NCBI GenBank assembly: GCA_020184695.1
Contig: JAANOX010000014.1
Span: 248,001-312,000, forward strand
Source: Histomonas meleagridis 2922-C6/04-290x
Lineage: Eukaryota; Protista; Parabasalia
DNA length: 64,000 bases
Direction: 5' to 3'
The notes under the pieces were generated by a model. The model did no database searches. It was given only the letters and a program-made list of their open reading frames with translations, and had not been told where the DNA came from. A program made the position numbers and the translations under genes. Shown here in pieces: positions 48,501 through 58,311 of the stretch. The number at the start of each line of letters is the position of its first letter. Position 1 is the first letter of the stretch.

Positions 48501-50044
48501 AATTTAGATGTGAATCATTTACAATTAACGCAACTGATTTTAGTCATTACTTAAATGGCCATAAAAAGAATACAACGCCAACAATGATGATAATGAGACC
48601 GTTTAACATCGATTTTGACGAGAAAATGATCGTCAGCATCGACGAGATATCGTTGCACGTAAATCAATTGCTCATTCAATATTTCCAAGACTTTCTATCG
48701 ACAATTCAAAATTTGAAGTCAAAGTTCTCAAAACCTCCGAAACCGTATCGCGATTCAAATATTTCTGAGTATCCGATTGAAAAAGTTGTTTTGAACTCAC
48801 AAAAATTTAGGTTTTATTTTACGAGTTTAAATAATGATGCACAAGTTATAGCACAATTAGACAAAATACATGTTTACTTGTTAGCTAATGATGTTGATAC
48901 CGCATTAAAATTGACCAGTGATAAATTCCGGATATTAACAAATGCTCAAATGCCAAATTATATTAATGAAGATCATTCATTATTAAATGTAAACTCAATC
49001 GATGTCTTTACCGCAAACAAAAGCACGCAATTACAAATCTCAATGTTAAGTATTAATGCAATTCCAGAAGATATCTCAATGTTACACATCTTAATGGAAG
49101 AAGTCTTCGGTAGCGACACAATAACGCCACCACTAAAGCAGAACGATTCGCAAGCTACGCAATTCAAAATGGTCTTAAAGATTCCATTATTCAAAATCAA
49201 AGTGCAAACAATTATTGGCATTATCGAATCTGAGCTACAAAACATCGATTTAATATTCCAACAAATTGTTGATAACTCGGAGTTATCATTACAAGTTAAT
49301 ATGTTATATGTCAAGAACTTAACTAAAGACACATTATTTCCAAACGTATTAATGCGAATGAATCCATCGAACACATTACTTCGTAATCCAATGTTACAAA
49401 TACAAATACGTCTTCCGCCTAAAGTAAGTGGCGCGATGATATTTTCACAAGCGGAAGTGAATATGGATCCAATAATAATATATTACGACGCGCAATTCTT
49501 CGATAACTTCACAAGTAATTTCATGCAACAAATCGAAATACAGCCGAAGTTTAAGAAGCCATTTCTATTAGAATTAACAAATCATCGACAAATGCAGTTT
49601 CGTTTTTATGATGGATCGATATTTCCACAAAACGAAACTCCGAAAGTATCAGTGCATAAGTCATTACATGTGAAGAAGAAGTCGTTGTTGCCGAACGTGA
49701 TAATGTTACGTTACTTCAGGTTAAACCCAATTTCATTAAACGCAACGTATAAAAACGAGGCAAATAAAGTGCTCTCGGAAATTAATGGGTTCCAAGGGCA
49801 CCTGCACGAGATCATTTACCACGACTTGTCTACAACTTTCACTGAGTTCACAGAGAAGTTGAAGGCGGATATAGCAACGGATATGATACCGCAGTTCATT
49901 AAGCATATGGTAGGAATAAGAAGGCCGAGCATGTCCCCTGAGCAGGAGATAGAGGAGTGGCTGAACAACGAGGACAGGAAAATGTCGCAGAAGGATAAGC
50001 AGAAGATGCTACTGTTCGGACAGAAGACAATTAAAAAGAAATGA
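45599..50044 (+). CDS. Bridge-like lipid transfer protein, BLTP2/KIAA0100/Hobbit/Fmp27-like
   Basis: N-terminal TM helix and long beta-rich body. LFDNLRCQFRG, PKVSGAMIFSQAEVNMDPIII and LRYFRLNPISLNATYK match BLTP2-type motifs. Confidence 0.75.
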   Translation: MQSTVKMGFISFLLLSFLFPIALLFLIFFIILKRAFRKSQEKINIVKGSKALSYSLISFKTNKVELTFKDLTIDFNPIGLFLSSFDLFFINFDYVEIDFLGKESSPKEKARSNVRKEIFHQLILHILVMIIKRITIQVKNFIIKSKPFSCEFTKTRATYVGTTKTISFDILLGGTQITFENTVTFNLNQLSFQLISNSDPILSLLNLEAIVIPFDFQIPHVKFFMDGGNFKLDPLDASIVLPRGKIDFNFPGFDGVSSLNFPKFTVILNELDGFISRSLLDIPKLILNVTKFSMKSLQLFHEKRLFIGLNEFALYNQVNSFWTIAIHSINLNYHTKIGIKIVPFFVSLIKNIMKTYPRKKTSLTLPQINLDINKLSINMKLTDSALIDINTENIIMLNQNIKIPIITLYLNNSKIIILKDNNIDINEKQFLNIHMKSFHFHDRRTFYISDILLQILYAWRAIAPMIVTHATDKESLPFPIEISANFATLKIHDSLLHSSISRANKIIPTILKDSYVRQYLLSKKTVESNLSDHAFDTAFHQLKFIEFNEYLQKLKNIKRHKFVLKVLFENISFSFDSREMTEKIPLIQRFDPTLKELYPNIEWETMFGADFIAKWSQMNVYAFDIDDPIIYGTDICFQGPLILAEPKHKEFVNLTFKLDDEIIQVSKNPMKIKLFSEMIISADHFYYYFGDCFQPIYQEILLTLYGIIPNGVDPSKRLILFDNLRCQFRGQYLFKANTFEIRYPANNNYHILDDYMPIKLLKMNFMWREGYSVLNCYKLVSPRIYNGKEGPISVDLPKLNWTFKFHFVTDGKEDPKKFIVYPNVSKFNDENYDTYEHYRAKGIIMDDSALSFSEADKILPNVTMDLVHFEWFWKPLLYFAKTTHVKCQYTKKLGFRSINRLPIKYLIDMKRDGILRIIADCFVIRIFDHFPIDGINEIEGSSVDFRFNNFNMITNCDMSFERNIFKSKFRCESFTINATDFSHYLNGHKKNTTPTMMIMRPFNIDFDEKMIVSIDEISLHVNQLLIQYFQDFLSTIQNLKSKFSKPPKPYRDSNISEYPIEKVVLNSQKFRFYFTSLNNDAQVIAQLDKIHVYLLANDVDTALKLTSDKFRILTNAQMPNYINEDHSLLNVNSIDVFTANKSTQLQISMLSINAIPEDISMLHILMEEVFGSDTITPPLKQNDSQATQFKMVLKIPLFKIKVQTIIGIIESELQNIDLIFQQIVDNSELSLQVNMLYVKNLTKDTLFPNVLMRMNPSNTLLRNPMLQIQIRLPPKVSGAMIFSQAEVNMDPIIIYYDAQFFDNFTSNFMQQIEIQPKFKKPFLLELTNHRQMQFRFYDGSIFPQNETPKVSVHKSLHVKKKSLLPNVIMLRYFRLNPISLNATYKNEANKVLSEINGFQGHLHEIIYHDLSTTFTEFTEKLKADIATDMIPQFIKHMVGIRRPSMSPEQEIEEWLNNEDRKMSQKDKQKMLLFGQKTIKKK

Positions 50045-50253
50045 AAATATATAACAAAAATTGAATTATTGTAAAAATAAATTTTATGAATTATATTTGC
50101 GATTTATGATGTAGATGTTAATTATTGTTACTACACGTATATGTTTTATATGTTAAATTGTTATTTACTTGTTTTTATTTGTATTATTGATCCACAAAAG
50201 ATATATGACGATACATAAAATTATATAGATTTATTGAAAAGTGCTAATGCTGA

Positions 50254-51390
50254 ATGAAAAGAGTTTTTTTCATTCTTGCCGTTATAAATTGTATATTTTT
50301 AACATTAACATATTTTTACCTTCCAGAGTCTGTTGTATTGGGTTCTTTAGAAAAAACAAAGTTTATATTTCATGAACATTTTTCTTTATCACACAGAAAT
50401 TTGAAACATTACACACTCCCAAATACACCACTTCTTACAAATACCTCAAATGTTTCCAGTAGTATTTTATTTTTTCCAAATAATTCCAGAGGAATAGTCA
50501 ATTGCTCACATTTTGAATCAGAACTTAGATGCGATGAAATTGAATTTGCATCCAATGCAATAAATGCAACTCTTTTGTCTAAACGATTTTTAATATTGGA
50601 ACTTCCAAATAATTATCAATCTGCAATTAATTCTTTACATTTTGGATTTTTACTTTCTATTATCACAAAAAGGAGGCTATTTGTATTAGGTGTTAAATTC
50701 AATTTACCCGAAGTTTTCCAAGTTCCTGCGAAATTACAAAACAAAAAATTTTTTACATTCACGCCATCTAGCTTCAATAAATGTGATCCAAGTCCCATTC
50801 TAAATTCTAAGCTCAGAGGATTTAAAATTACTGGTAATTGGGATATTTCACAATTACTTTTATCACCAATTTCATATTCTTTAATCCCTTTTCCTTTTAA
50901 AACACATTCTTTCTTTCTTATGTCTAGATGGATGTTTAACATTCAACCAATGAATTTTCCATCTGATCAACTTCAAATTGGGATCTCACTTGAATTCCAA
51001 CCAGATCAAGCAGCTTTATTACATGTTATAGAAAGAATCACAGAAGGATATTCAAAATGGGTTGTGCATATTTGGCAGCCCAAAAAATTCTCTTTACCAA
51101 AAGAATTGAAGAAAAACGTTCGCTTTATCAAAAAGTTCGATGATGCTCTTAACGTTCTCCCTCAATGCGATAAATTTATTGGATCACTTGGATATTTCAG
51201 TTCACACGTTCTATGTAGAACGAGAGGTAGGGGAGGTGTATGGCTAGACCCACGAAATACTATGATAATGGAAACAAGTAACAGTCAATCAGGTATGATG
51301 TTTTTAATGAAAAAGGAAAAAGTGAATGAGATAATGTGTCCAGGAGGTGCTGATGCACTACAAAGTTTTCTGATGTTTCAGGCCTTGTAG
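50254..51390 (+). CDS. Type II membrane protein, putative fucosyltransferase-like (GT-B) glycosyltransferase
   Basis: Short cytosolic tail plus TM helix. INSLHFGFLLSIITKRRLFV and CDKFIGSLGYFSSHV segments resemble GT37/GT23-type motifs. Confidence 0.4.
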   Translation: MKRVFFILAVINCIFLTLTYFYLPESVVLGSLEKTKFIFHEHFSLSHRNLKHYTLPNTPLLTNTSNVSSSILFFPNNSRGIVNCSHFESELRCDEIEFASNAINATLLSKRFLILELPNNYQSAINSLHFGFLLSIITKRRLFVLGVKFNLPEVFQVPAKLQNKKFFTFTPSSFNKCDPSPILNSKLRGFKITGNWDISQLLLSPISYSLIPFPFKTHSFFLMSRWMFNIQPMNFPSDQLQIGISLEFQPDQAALLHVIERITEGYSKWVVHIWQPKKFSLPKELKKNVRFIKKFDDALNVLPQCDKFIGSLGYFSSHVLCRTRGRGGVWLDPRNTMIMETSNSQSGMMFLMKKEKVNEIMCPGGADALQSFLMFQAL

Positions 51391-51860
51391 AAAGGTAAAA
51401 TTTTGTTTGTAAACACGTTTATTAATTTAAATTCTTAATCAAACTACCCAACAGTTGAAAACATGATTGCACATGAATAATTGATTGTTATATTTAATAA
51501 TGAATAAATTTAGTTTTAAATTAAAATTTTTATAATAATCAAATTTTTTAATTTCAAAATTTTGAAGTATAACAGCAATATAACAAGGTTTAATAAAGTG
51601 AAGAAGAATTTTAAATAATAGGAAATTGAAGAATAAAATAACGAGCGACCGTTAAGAGAATTAAAAAATAATAAATAAATAAAAAAGTTTAATAAATAAA
51701 AATTAAAAATAAAAATTGATAGTAAATAAAATGAATAAAATAAGATATAAAATATAAATTTAAACAATATTAAAAGATTTAAATAATTTTTAAAGTAATT
51801 AGATATCGATGGAAAAATTTCGAATAAAAATTAAAAACAAAAATTTGTTTCTACGATATT

Positions 51861-53312
51861 TTATTTACTTATTTCTTCTAACTTTTCCAGTTGTGACAGC
51901 ATACAAAATGCCCTTTCTTCGACCATTTCGTCATTGAAGTCACACAAGTCCTTCAGCCTGTCCTTTAAGTCCTCGACGTCGAATGCGCTCATTAGCTGCA
52001 TGTTCCCCGTCGTTGTTATTATGTGGAAACACGCAATTATCGCGCTCATGCATCTCAATATGATCAGCGGCGTACCGCATCCGAGCATTTCAACAAGGAC
52101 GTCAACAATGTCCGGTCGGATCAAAGAAACAGCCATTTCATCGCTCGCAAACGTGATCAAAGTTCCCAACAAATACGCAATTTCTTTCTTCACGTCGTAA
52201 GGACAGTTTTCCTTCATTTGAACAAGTTGTTGAATGAAATCGCCAGTGAACATTGGACATATGACCTCGGGAATAGACTCTAAGAGATTGGAGAAGATCC
52301 ACAAAGAGTCAGAGACGTGGCCCGCGTTGAAAAGTGCAATCAGATGTTCGAACAAATGTTCTTCTAAAAGCTCTTTAACATGCTCTGGTTGTGACACACA
52401 CATGTTCCCGATAAGACGAAGCGCTGCATCGCGTAATTCGGGGTCACTAAGAAAATTAATTAATTTTTGTGATATGCCCATTTCAAATAAGCGGAAAACT
52501 AAGGATGGGACTTTGTTGGTGATCTCTATAAGCGTTCCTAATATCTCAGAAACTTCGGTCTTAAGTGGAAGATCAAGGAACTTCACTAGTGAATTGATGC
52601 AGATATTGATGACATCAGTATCAACTTCTCCATCAGTAGCAAAGATAGCATGGAGGGTTTGACAACCAGTGATGGTAAGAAGTGGAGAAATTTGTTGAGA
52701 TGTTATTTCAAATAATCTTGAATAAATGCCAAGACAAAGTACTGCATCACGTGCATATTCTGAAACAGAACAAATGACACGAATGAGTATCATCGTGGCT
52801 CCAACTATATCAGGTATTGGGCTATTGAGAAGATCTAATAATGACATTGAAATTTCATCAACAAAATCATTTTGAAGTTCTCCACAAAGTGGAAATATCT
52901 CTGCTATGGCCTTAATTACTGAAATTAAGGCTTCTGGCGGATAGTTTTGATTGGTTAGAAAGTTTGCTAAAAGTTGAAGAAATTCTGGACTCTTCAAATG
53001 TAATGAAATGGAATTTGGTGAAACATGAGCAGCTACTGCTAATTCTTGTGATACTTCTTGGATTTTTTTCAAATCATTTGATTGAAAAATTGATATTGCT
53101 GTTTCAAGATCAGTTACTTGAATGTTTTGTTGTAACGATAGCTTTCCACGAGCTTTATGATGAATTTTAGGTACATCTCTATTAAACAATTTGCGTAATG
53201 CAAGAGAGCGAAAATCTCTTTCGTTTTTGACTTGCTCTGAAATATTGGATAAGTCGTGCGCATCTGTTTGATTATCTTGCACCTGGGCAGGATTTGGAAC
53301 ATTCAGCTCCAT
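51861..53312 (-). CDS. Armadillo-repeat protein, importin-alpha-like
   Basis: IBB-like ERDFRSLALRKLFNR, ARM repeats (AALRLIGNMC, DSLWIFSNL, VKKEIAYLLGTL) and terminal EMVEERAFCML. Confidence 0.72.
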   Translation of the reverse strand: MELNVPNPAQVQDNQTDAHDLSNISEQVKNERDFRSLALRKLFNRDVPKIHHKARGKLSLQQNIQVTDLETAISIFQSNDLKKIQEVSQELAVAAHVSPNSISLHLKSPEFLQLLANFLTNQNYPPEALISVIKAIAEIFPLCGELQNDFVDEISMSLLDLLNSPIPDIVGATMILIRVICSVSEYARDAVLCLGIYSRLFEITSQQISPLLTITGCQTLHAIFATDGEVDTDVINICINSLVKFLDLPLKTEVSEILGTLIEITNKVPSLVFRLFEMGISQKLINFLSDPELRDAALRLIGNMCVSQPEHVKELLEEHLFEHLIALFNAGHVSDSLWIFSNLLESIPEVICPMFTGDFIQQLVQMKENCPYDVKKEIAYLLGTLITFASDEMAVSLIRPDIVDVLVEMLGCGTPLIILRCMSAIIACFHIITTTGNMQLMSAFDVEDLKDRLKDLCDFNDEMVEERAFCMLSQLEKLEEISK

Positions 53313-53906
53313 AAATGGGGGTGAGGATTATTTGATTGTGGCTTGGTGCGTTAGAACCGTTGGGTTTTGAATAATTTACATCCTGAAGAAAAGCTGTTCC
53401 ACAAAATTTTTTGGGGTGCTCTATATTGTAATAGAAGATGATACATCTAAAAATTATTTTGAATCAATGTTTTATTAAAACAATAAAATATCATATAAAC
53501 AAAGTATGGTGGCAAATTATAGAAAACGGTCGTTTTATACGTCTATAAGGATGAGACAAAAATCTCCTGGAAAAATTTTTTAGGACATATGATATGAAAT
53601 AATTTATGTAAAATTTGAATAAATAAAATACGTATTAGGTTTACACAAAAACAACATTAAAAACAATTTTAACTTATATTGTAAAAAAATCTTTCTATTG
53701 ACCAAAATATAATTTGGAATGTCATAATCTGAGACTTTGATCATTCTTTTATGTTTTGCTTAAATAACGGTCATTATTATTGAATAGAACCGGTTGATAT
53801 TTAAGGAAAAATCGTTTCAATTAACTCATATAAAATTTTGTATCATAAATGGGGTGCACCATGAGGTCAAATTTGAAAGTCGGATCAAAACCGTCAAAAA
53901 CTGAGG

Positions 53907-54827
53907 ATGGAAACTCAAGAACTTATAACTGAAGAGCATTCACCATCTAATTGTAATATTTTCAAACGAATTTACCACCACTTTATGTATGGAAATATGC
54001 CATTTGGAAATCAAGAATTTCAATACCAGCTCCCATTTATTTTTCCATTTGATTCACATCCAGGACCCGTTAAAGATGCAATTGAAGATGCAAAAAATTT
54101 AAACAGATCTCTATTTTTGTTTATTTATTGTATCGACAACCCAAATACATATAAAGTTTCAAAAATTCTTCAATCTGATGCAATTGCTAACGAAATCCAC
54201 TCTAATTTTATATTTCTTCCTTTGGATGTTTCTTTTCCTGAAGGATGGCATTCAGCTTGTGATCTTAAATTTACCGAGATTCCAATGATCGCAATCGTTA
54301 GACCAGAAGGCACAACATTGAATGAATCCCATGTCTTTGCCGAATTTAAAGGAATCATTAGTGAAGATGATTTACTTTCCTCAATTAGAATTGAAAATCA
54401 TCACAGATCACCAGATGTCGAAATCATTGAACAACAAAATGAAGAGTTCAATGAAGCAATTCGACGAGATACTGAAGCAACAAGAGAAGAAGTCGAAGAG
54501 GAGCAAAGAGTTCAAAATCAGCAAGAAGAGGAAAAACGGGAAAAAGAAAAAATCGAAAAAGAATTCGACGAACTTCCCGAAATCGAAGAAGGAATGGACG
54601 TGGCAACAATCAGATTCCAGTTTCCGGACAATGTTAGTCGCATTCATAAGTTTCCAAGGGATCAAACAGTTAATCTGTTGTTTGTGTTTGCGAGGAAATT
54701 TATGTTCCCGAAGAAGTTCGTACTTGTGACTGGTTTCCCGCAATATAAAATAGATGAAAATGGAAAGAAATTAAGCGACGTTTGTAGAGAAAAGAATTTC
54801 ATCGTTCATGTGGAAGAAGATGAATGA
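53907..54827 (+). CDS. UBX-domain protein (UAS-coiled coil-UBX, FAF1/FAF2-like)
   Basis: UAS-like AIEDAKNLNRSLFLFIY, a glutamate-rich coiled coil, and UBX ATIRFQFPDNVSRIHKF...LVTGFP. Confidence 0.88.
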   Translation: METQELITEEHSPSNCNIFKRIYHHFMYGNMPFGNQEFQYQLPFIFPFDSHPGPVKDAIEDAKNLNRSLFLFIYCIDNPNTYKVSKILQSDAIANEIHSNFIFLPLDVSFPEGWHSACDLKFTEIPMIAIVRPEGTTLNESHVFAEFKGIISEDDLLSSIRIENHHRSPDVEIIEQQNEEFNEAIRRDTEATREEVEEEQRVQNQQEEEKREKEKIEKEFDELPEIEEGMDVATIRFQFPDNVSRIHKFPRDQTVNLLFVFARKFMFPKKFVLVTGFPQYKIDENGKKLSDVCREKNFIVHVEEDE

Positions 54828-55048
54828 AAACATATTTTTGTGTAACTAAACAAAACTATCTCTTATCGATTTAAGAAATTTGTAATGACAAAAATATATT
54901 ATCTTTTTGCTCTTGAGTGAATAATAATTCTCATTAATGATCACAGTGTCTCAACATTCACAAGCAATATCGATTGAAGCTCATTTAAAAATATAAAATG
55001 ATAAATCTCGAGTATGATTATTATTTATACAAAATGGAAATTTTTGGA

Positions 55049-55830
55049 CTATTTTCGTGAAAGCTTTGACTCTAAAAGGCGGTTGGTTTGTTCGAGTTCT
55101 TTGGCTTGCTTTTGGAGTTTGCTTATTTCATTTTTCTGATATACATAATTATTTACAAGGCTGCAGTTTGAAATGGATTCTTGAGGTGTTTTGTTAGATT
55201 CTAATATTTCATTTTCAATTTTTGTTTGAAATTGATTTCTTCCAAAGTATGGTAAAGTAGATATAAAATGAAAATAGTTTTCATCAACATTTCTTTCTGC
55301 TGCCTCAGAAATTGCTTCTAGCTCACGAATCTTTGAGCAAAGGTCTGCATTTTGAAGTGCATTATTGTTGTTTTTCATTTTAGCCGTTTGTGCAGGTGTC
55401 ACTTTTTTTGTAATTCGTTTCAAAACAAGAATCATATACAAGATATCCAGGTTTACGTAATTAAGCATCCTTCAATGATTTCTTTAACTGTTTTGTCGGT
55501 CATATAGTTGATGTATGAGAAGATCCTGCACATTTTTCTTCACTGAAGATTATATATAGCACAAAAAAAGTTGTTTCCAGTTTTTTATAGAAAATAACGG
55601 TTTGACCAAACAAATTTGTTGTGCTTCACTTTCAAAAGGTGCCACTCTCCATTATTGCTGAATATGAATATTGAGACTTTTGTCTTTTGTTTTTTGTTAT
55701 ACGAACTATTGAATGTTCTTCATTTTCATATGTTTGATCCCAAATGTAACATCCGCGGATGTACTGAGTGAACATTTAAAAGTGTTTCAGCACTAATTAT
55801 ATGTCTGCATTGTAGTGCATATGGTGAATT
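55049..55830 (-). pseudogene. Frameshifted remnant, possibly the C-terminus of a MULE/SWIM-type transposase
   Basis: Minus-strand fragment SPYALQCRHII...VHSVHPRMLH (about 55730-55830) resembles the LPCxH...IHxRW pattern. Further fragments lead into the coiled-coil ORF 55049-55468. Confidence 0.25.
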
Positions 55831-55849
55831 TATATTTCGCAGCCATGAA

Positions 55850-56930
55850 ACTATCGAAAATCAAACTTATAAAAGATATATTAAACAGCCAAGAGATTGG
55901 AGATCTTGTATTCGATCAACAACTATTTATAAACAACTTTATTTTATTTTTTATTGAATGCCTTAATCACGTATCAAAAGGTCATTAAGAAAAGTTCGTT
56001 GAAAACGACAAATAAATCGCCAACAAAATAATCTTATTAATCGCAGACAAGCTGCTATACCAGTAACTCCTAGTCAAAACGTTAATTGGAATAATATTAA
56101 TAGAATTAGAAATGCTAATGAAACCAAACAACAAGAACTAAATGAGATCAGAACAAAAGAACATAGTTTTATTGCACAACGAAATGAATTAGACAACAGA
56201 TTACACAAGCAAAAAAGTACAAGCTATTAAGAAAGCTAAGGAAAAAGAAGAATCACGTAAATTATTAGAACAATATAGACAAAAGACTTTAGAACTCAAT
56301 GGTTTAAAAAATCAATATGATTTAAATGAACTTAAAAATAATCGAGATATTCTTATGGCATCTTTAAATGTAATGGATATGAATATACAAAATCAACAAG
56401 TTGCTATTGAACAGAGTGGTATTAAAAGACAGATTAATGAATTAGAAGCAAAAAATACAGAATTAGATCATAAAAAGAAAGAACTACAAGAATAATAGAT
56501 ATGTTGGTGAAACAGGATTAGCTAAATTAGTTAGAGTTAAACATCAGAATAATTCAAAAAGAATGGCAATAGATAGACTTAAAAAAAAGTGAACTTTTAA
56601 AAGAAAATTATGGATTAAAATCAGACTATCAATTAGCATTATCAACAGATGATGTTAATAAAATTGATGAAGAAGAAGCAGAGAGATTACAAGGAATTAT
56701 TCAAGAAAATGCTATATTAAAAAAGAAAAGTAATAATCTTAATTCTGATTATAGTATTTATGCTGAATCAAAAATATTAAATATGATAAAAAACACTAAA
56801 ATGTTCATTCGAAAGCTAAAATTTTTGAATTCGAGAAAACTCAAGAAGAATTATCCAATTACAAAGATACTAATGAAAACATGAAAAAAGTTATTGAAGA
56901 AAATGCTATTGTGAACTTAGAATAAAACGA
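55850..56930 (+). pseudogene. Decayed coiled-coil gene remnant
   Basis: Short open stretches in changing frames (e.g. KAKEKEESRKLLEQYRQKTLELNGLKNQYDLNELKNNRD...). Confidence 0.4.
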
Positions 56931-56949
56931 ATGAATGAATTAAAAAAAT

Positions 56950-57920
56950 AATAATATTTCCAAATCAAAATATTCAGGAAACAGTTTCTAAAATAAAGAA
57001 AAAATTAAAATTACCAAATTTGAAATATTTACAAACATCAAATTCATCATTGTCAAAACAAGAGAAAATTACCGAAAAATGGGGAAATGTCATATTATAA
57101 ATATTTAATAATAATTTATTTGCAGGAAGAAGTTTTAATGATTTAACACAACATCCGGTTTTTCTATTGATAATAAAAGATTAAACAAGTGAAACGATTG
57201 ATTAAAATGATCCTGGATGCTATAACATCATCAAAGTTTTATGTTTTTCCATGATATTTAATTCATTCAAATTATCTGAATTAAATTTAAATCAGATGGA
57301 ACTAAAATAAATGATGTAACATTACCGCAATGGAGTAAAAATGCTTATGATTTCATAGAGGAACATCGTGCATCATTAGAAAGTGATTCTGTAAGTTTAA
57401 ATTTACCTAAATGGAATGACTTTATATTTGGATATAAACAAAATGGGAAAGAATCAGTTTTAGAGAACAATACATTTCATCATCATACATCTTAAACAAA
57501 TATCACGAAACAAGTATTAAAAGATCCAGAAAAGTTAATTTTATACCAACAATTTAGTAAAAGTTTTGGTACAATCCAAAACAAGTCTTTAAGAATTCAC
57601 AACCAATGAAAAGTAACTTTTCTACAATTAATTTTATCTTATCATTACTTACACCAACATTACAAATTGAAAATATTTTGATATGGAATGTCCTTAAATA
57701 AAATCGAAGAATTGGAAATTCAAAGTCTGAAAATACGATGGTGTGAAATGATCATTGCGCATAAGGATTACGTGTTGTCAGTGTCCGACTTAAATAACAA
57801 GTTGACATTGATAAGTTTGCCATGTTTGAGGATTTTAAGGACATTCTAGTTACAGGACGCAGTCGTAACGATGTACTTCGACTCAAGAACAAATGTACTC
57901 AATAGATTTCCATTAAACTT
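56950..57920 (+). pseudogene. BEACH-domain protein remnant
   Basis: GRSFNDLTQHPVF..IIKD*TSETID and LPQWSKNAYDFIEEHRASLESDSVSLNLPKWNDFIFGYKQNGKESVLENNTFH are BEACH motifs, with stops and frameshifts. Confidence 0.85.
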
Positions 57921-58311
57921 TAAGAGTAAATAATATAATGAATAATAATTAATTTTTTATTGTTATTAATTTTTCATAATATTTTTCACAAAAATTATCA
58001 TCAAATTATATGAAAATCATGCAATGAAATATGATATAAAATATTCTATTTATCAAATATTGATTCATATATTTTATATTAATCAAATTTCATGCGTTAA
58101 TAATAATGTATTAATAGTGGCTCCAAGTTATTATTCACATCAATTGAAATTGCAAAATCGATGTATAGTTAGTACAATTGAAAGCTGTTAGGGTCTCTTA
58201 TGTGATTTAACATTTTTGCAAAGCATCCGTTTACAATTTGAAACTTAACAAATGAAATTTAATTTTTATAACTCAAAGTAATTACAAAAAGATATTAATG
58301 TTTAATGTGTT

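Noticed and set aside
51516-51767. 83-aa ORF rich in F/I/L/Y
   Set aside because: Low-complexity translation of extremely AT-rich DNA between convergent genes.
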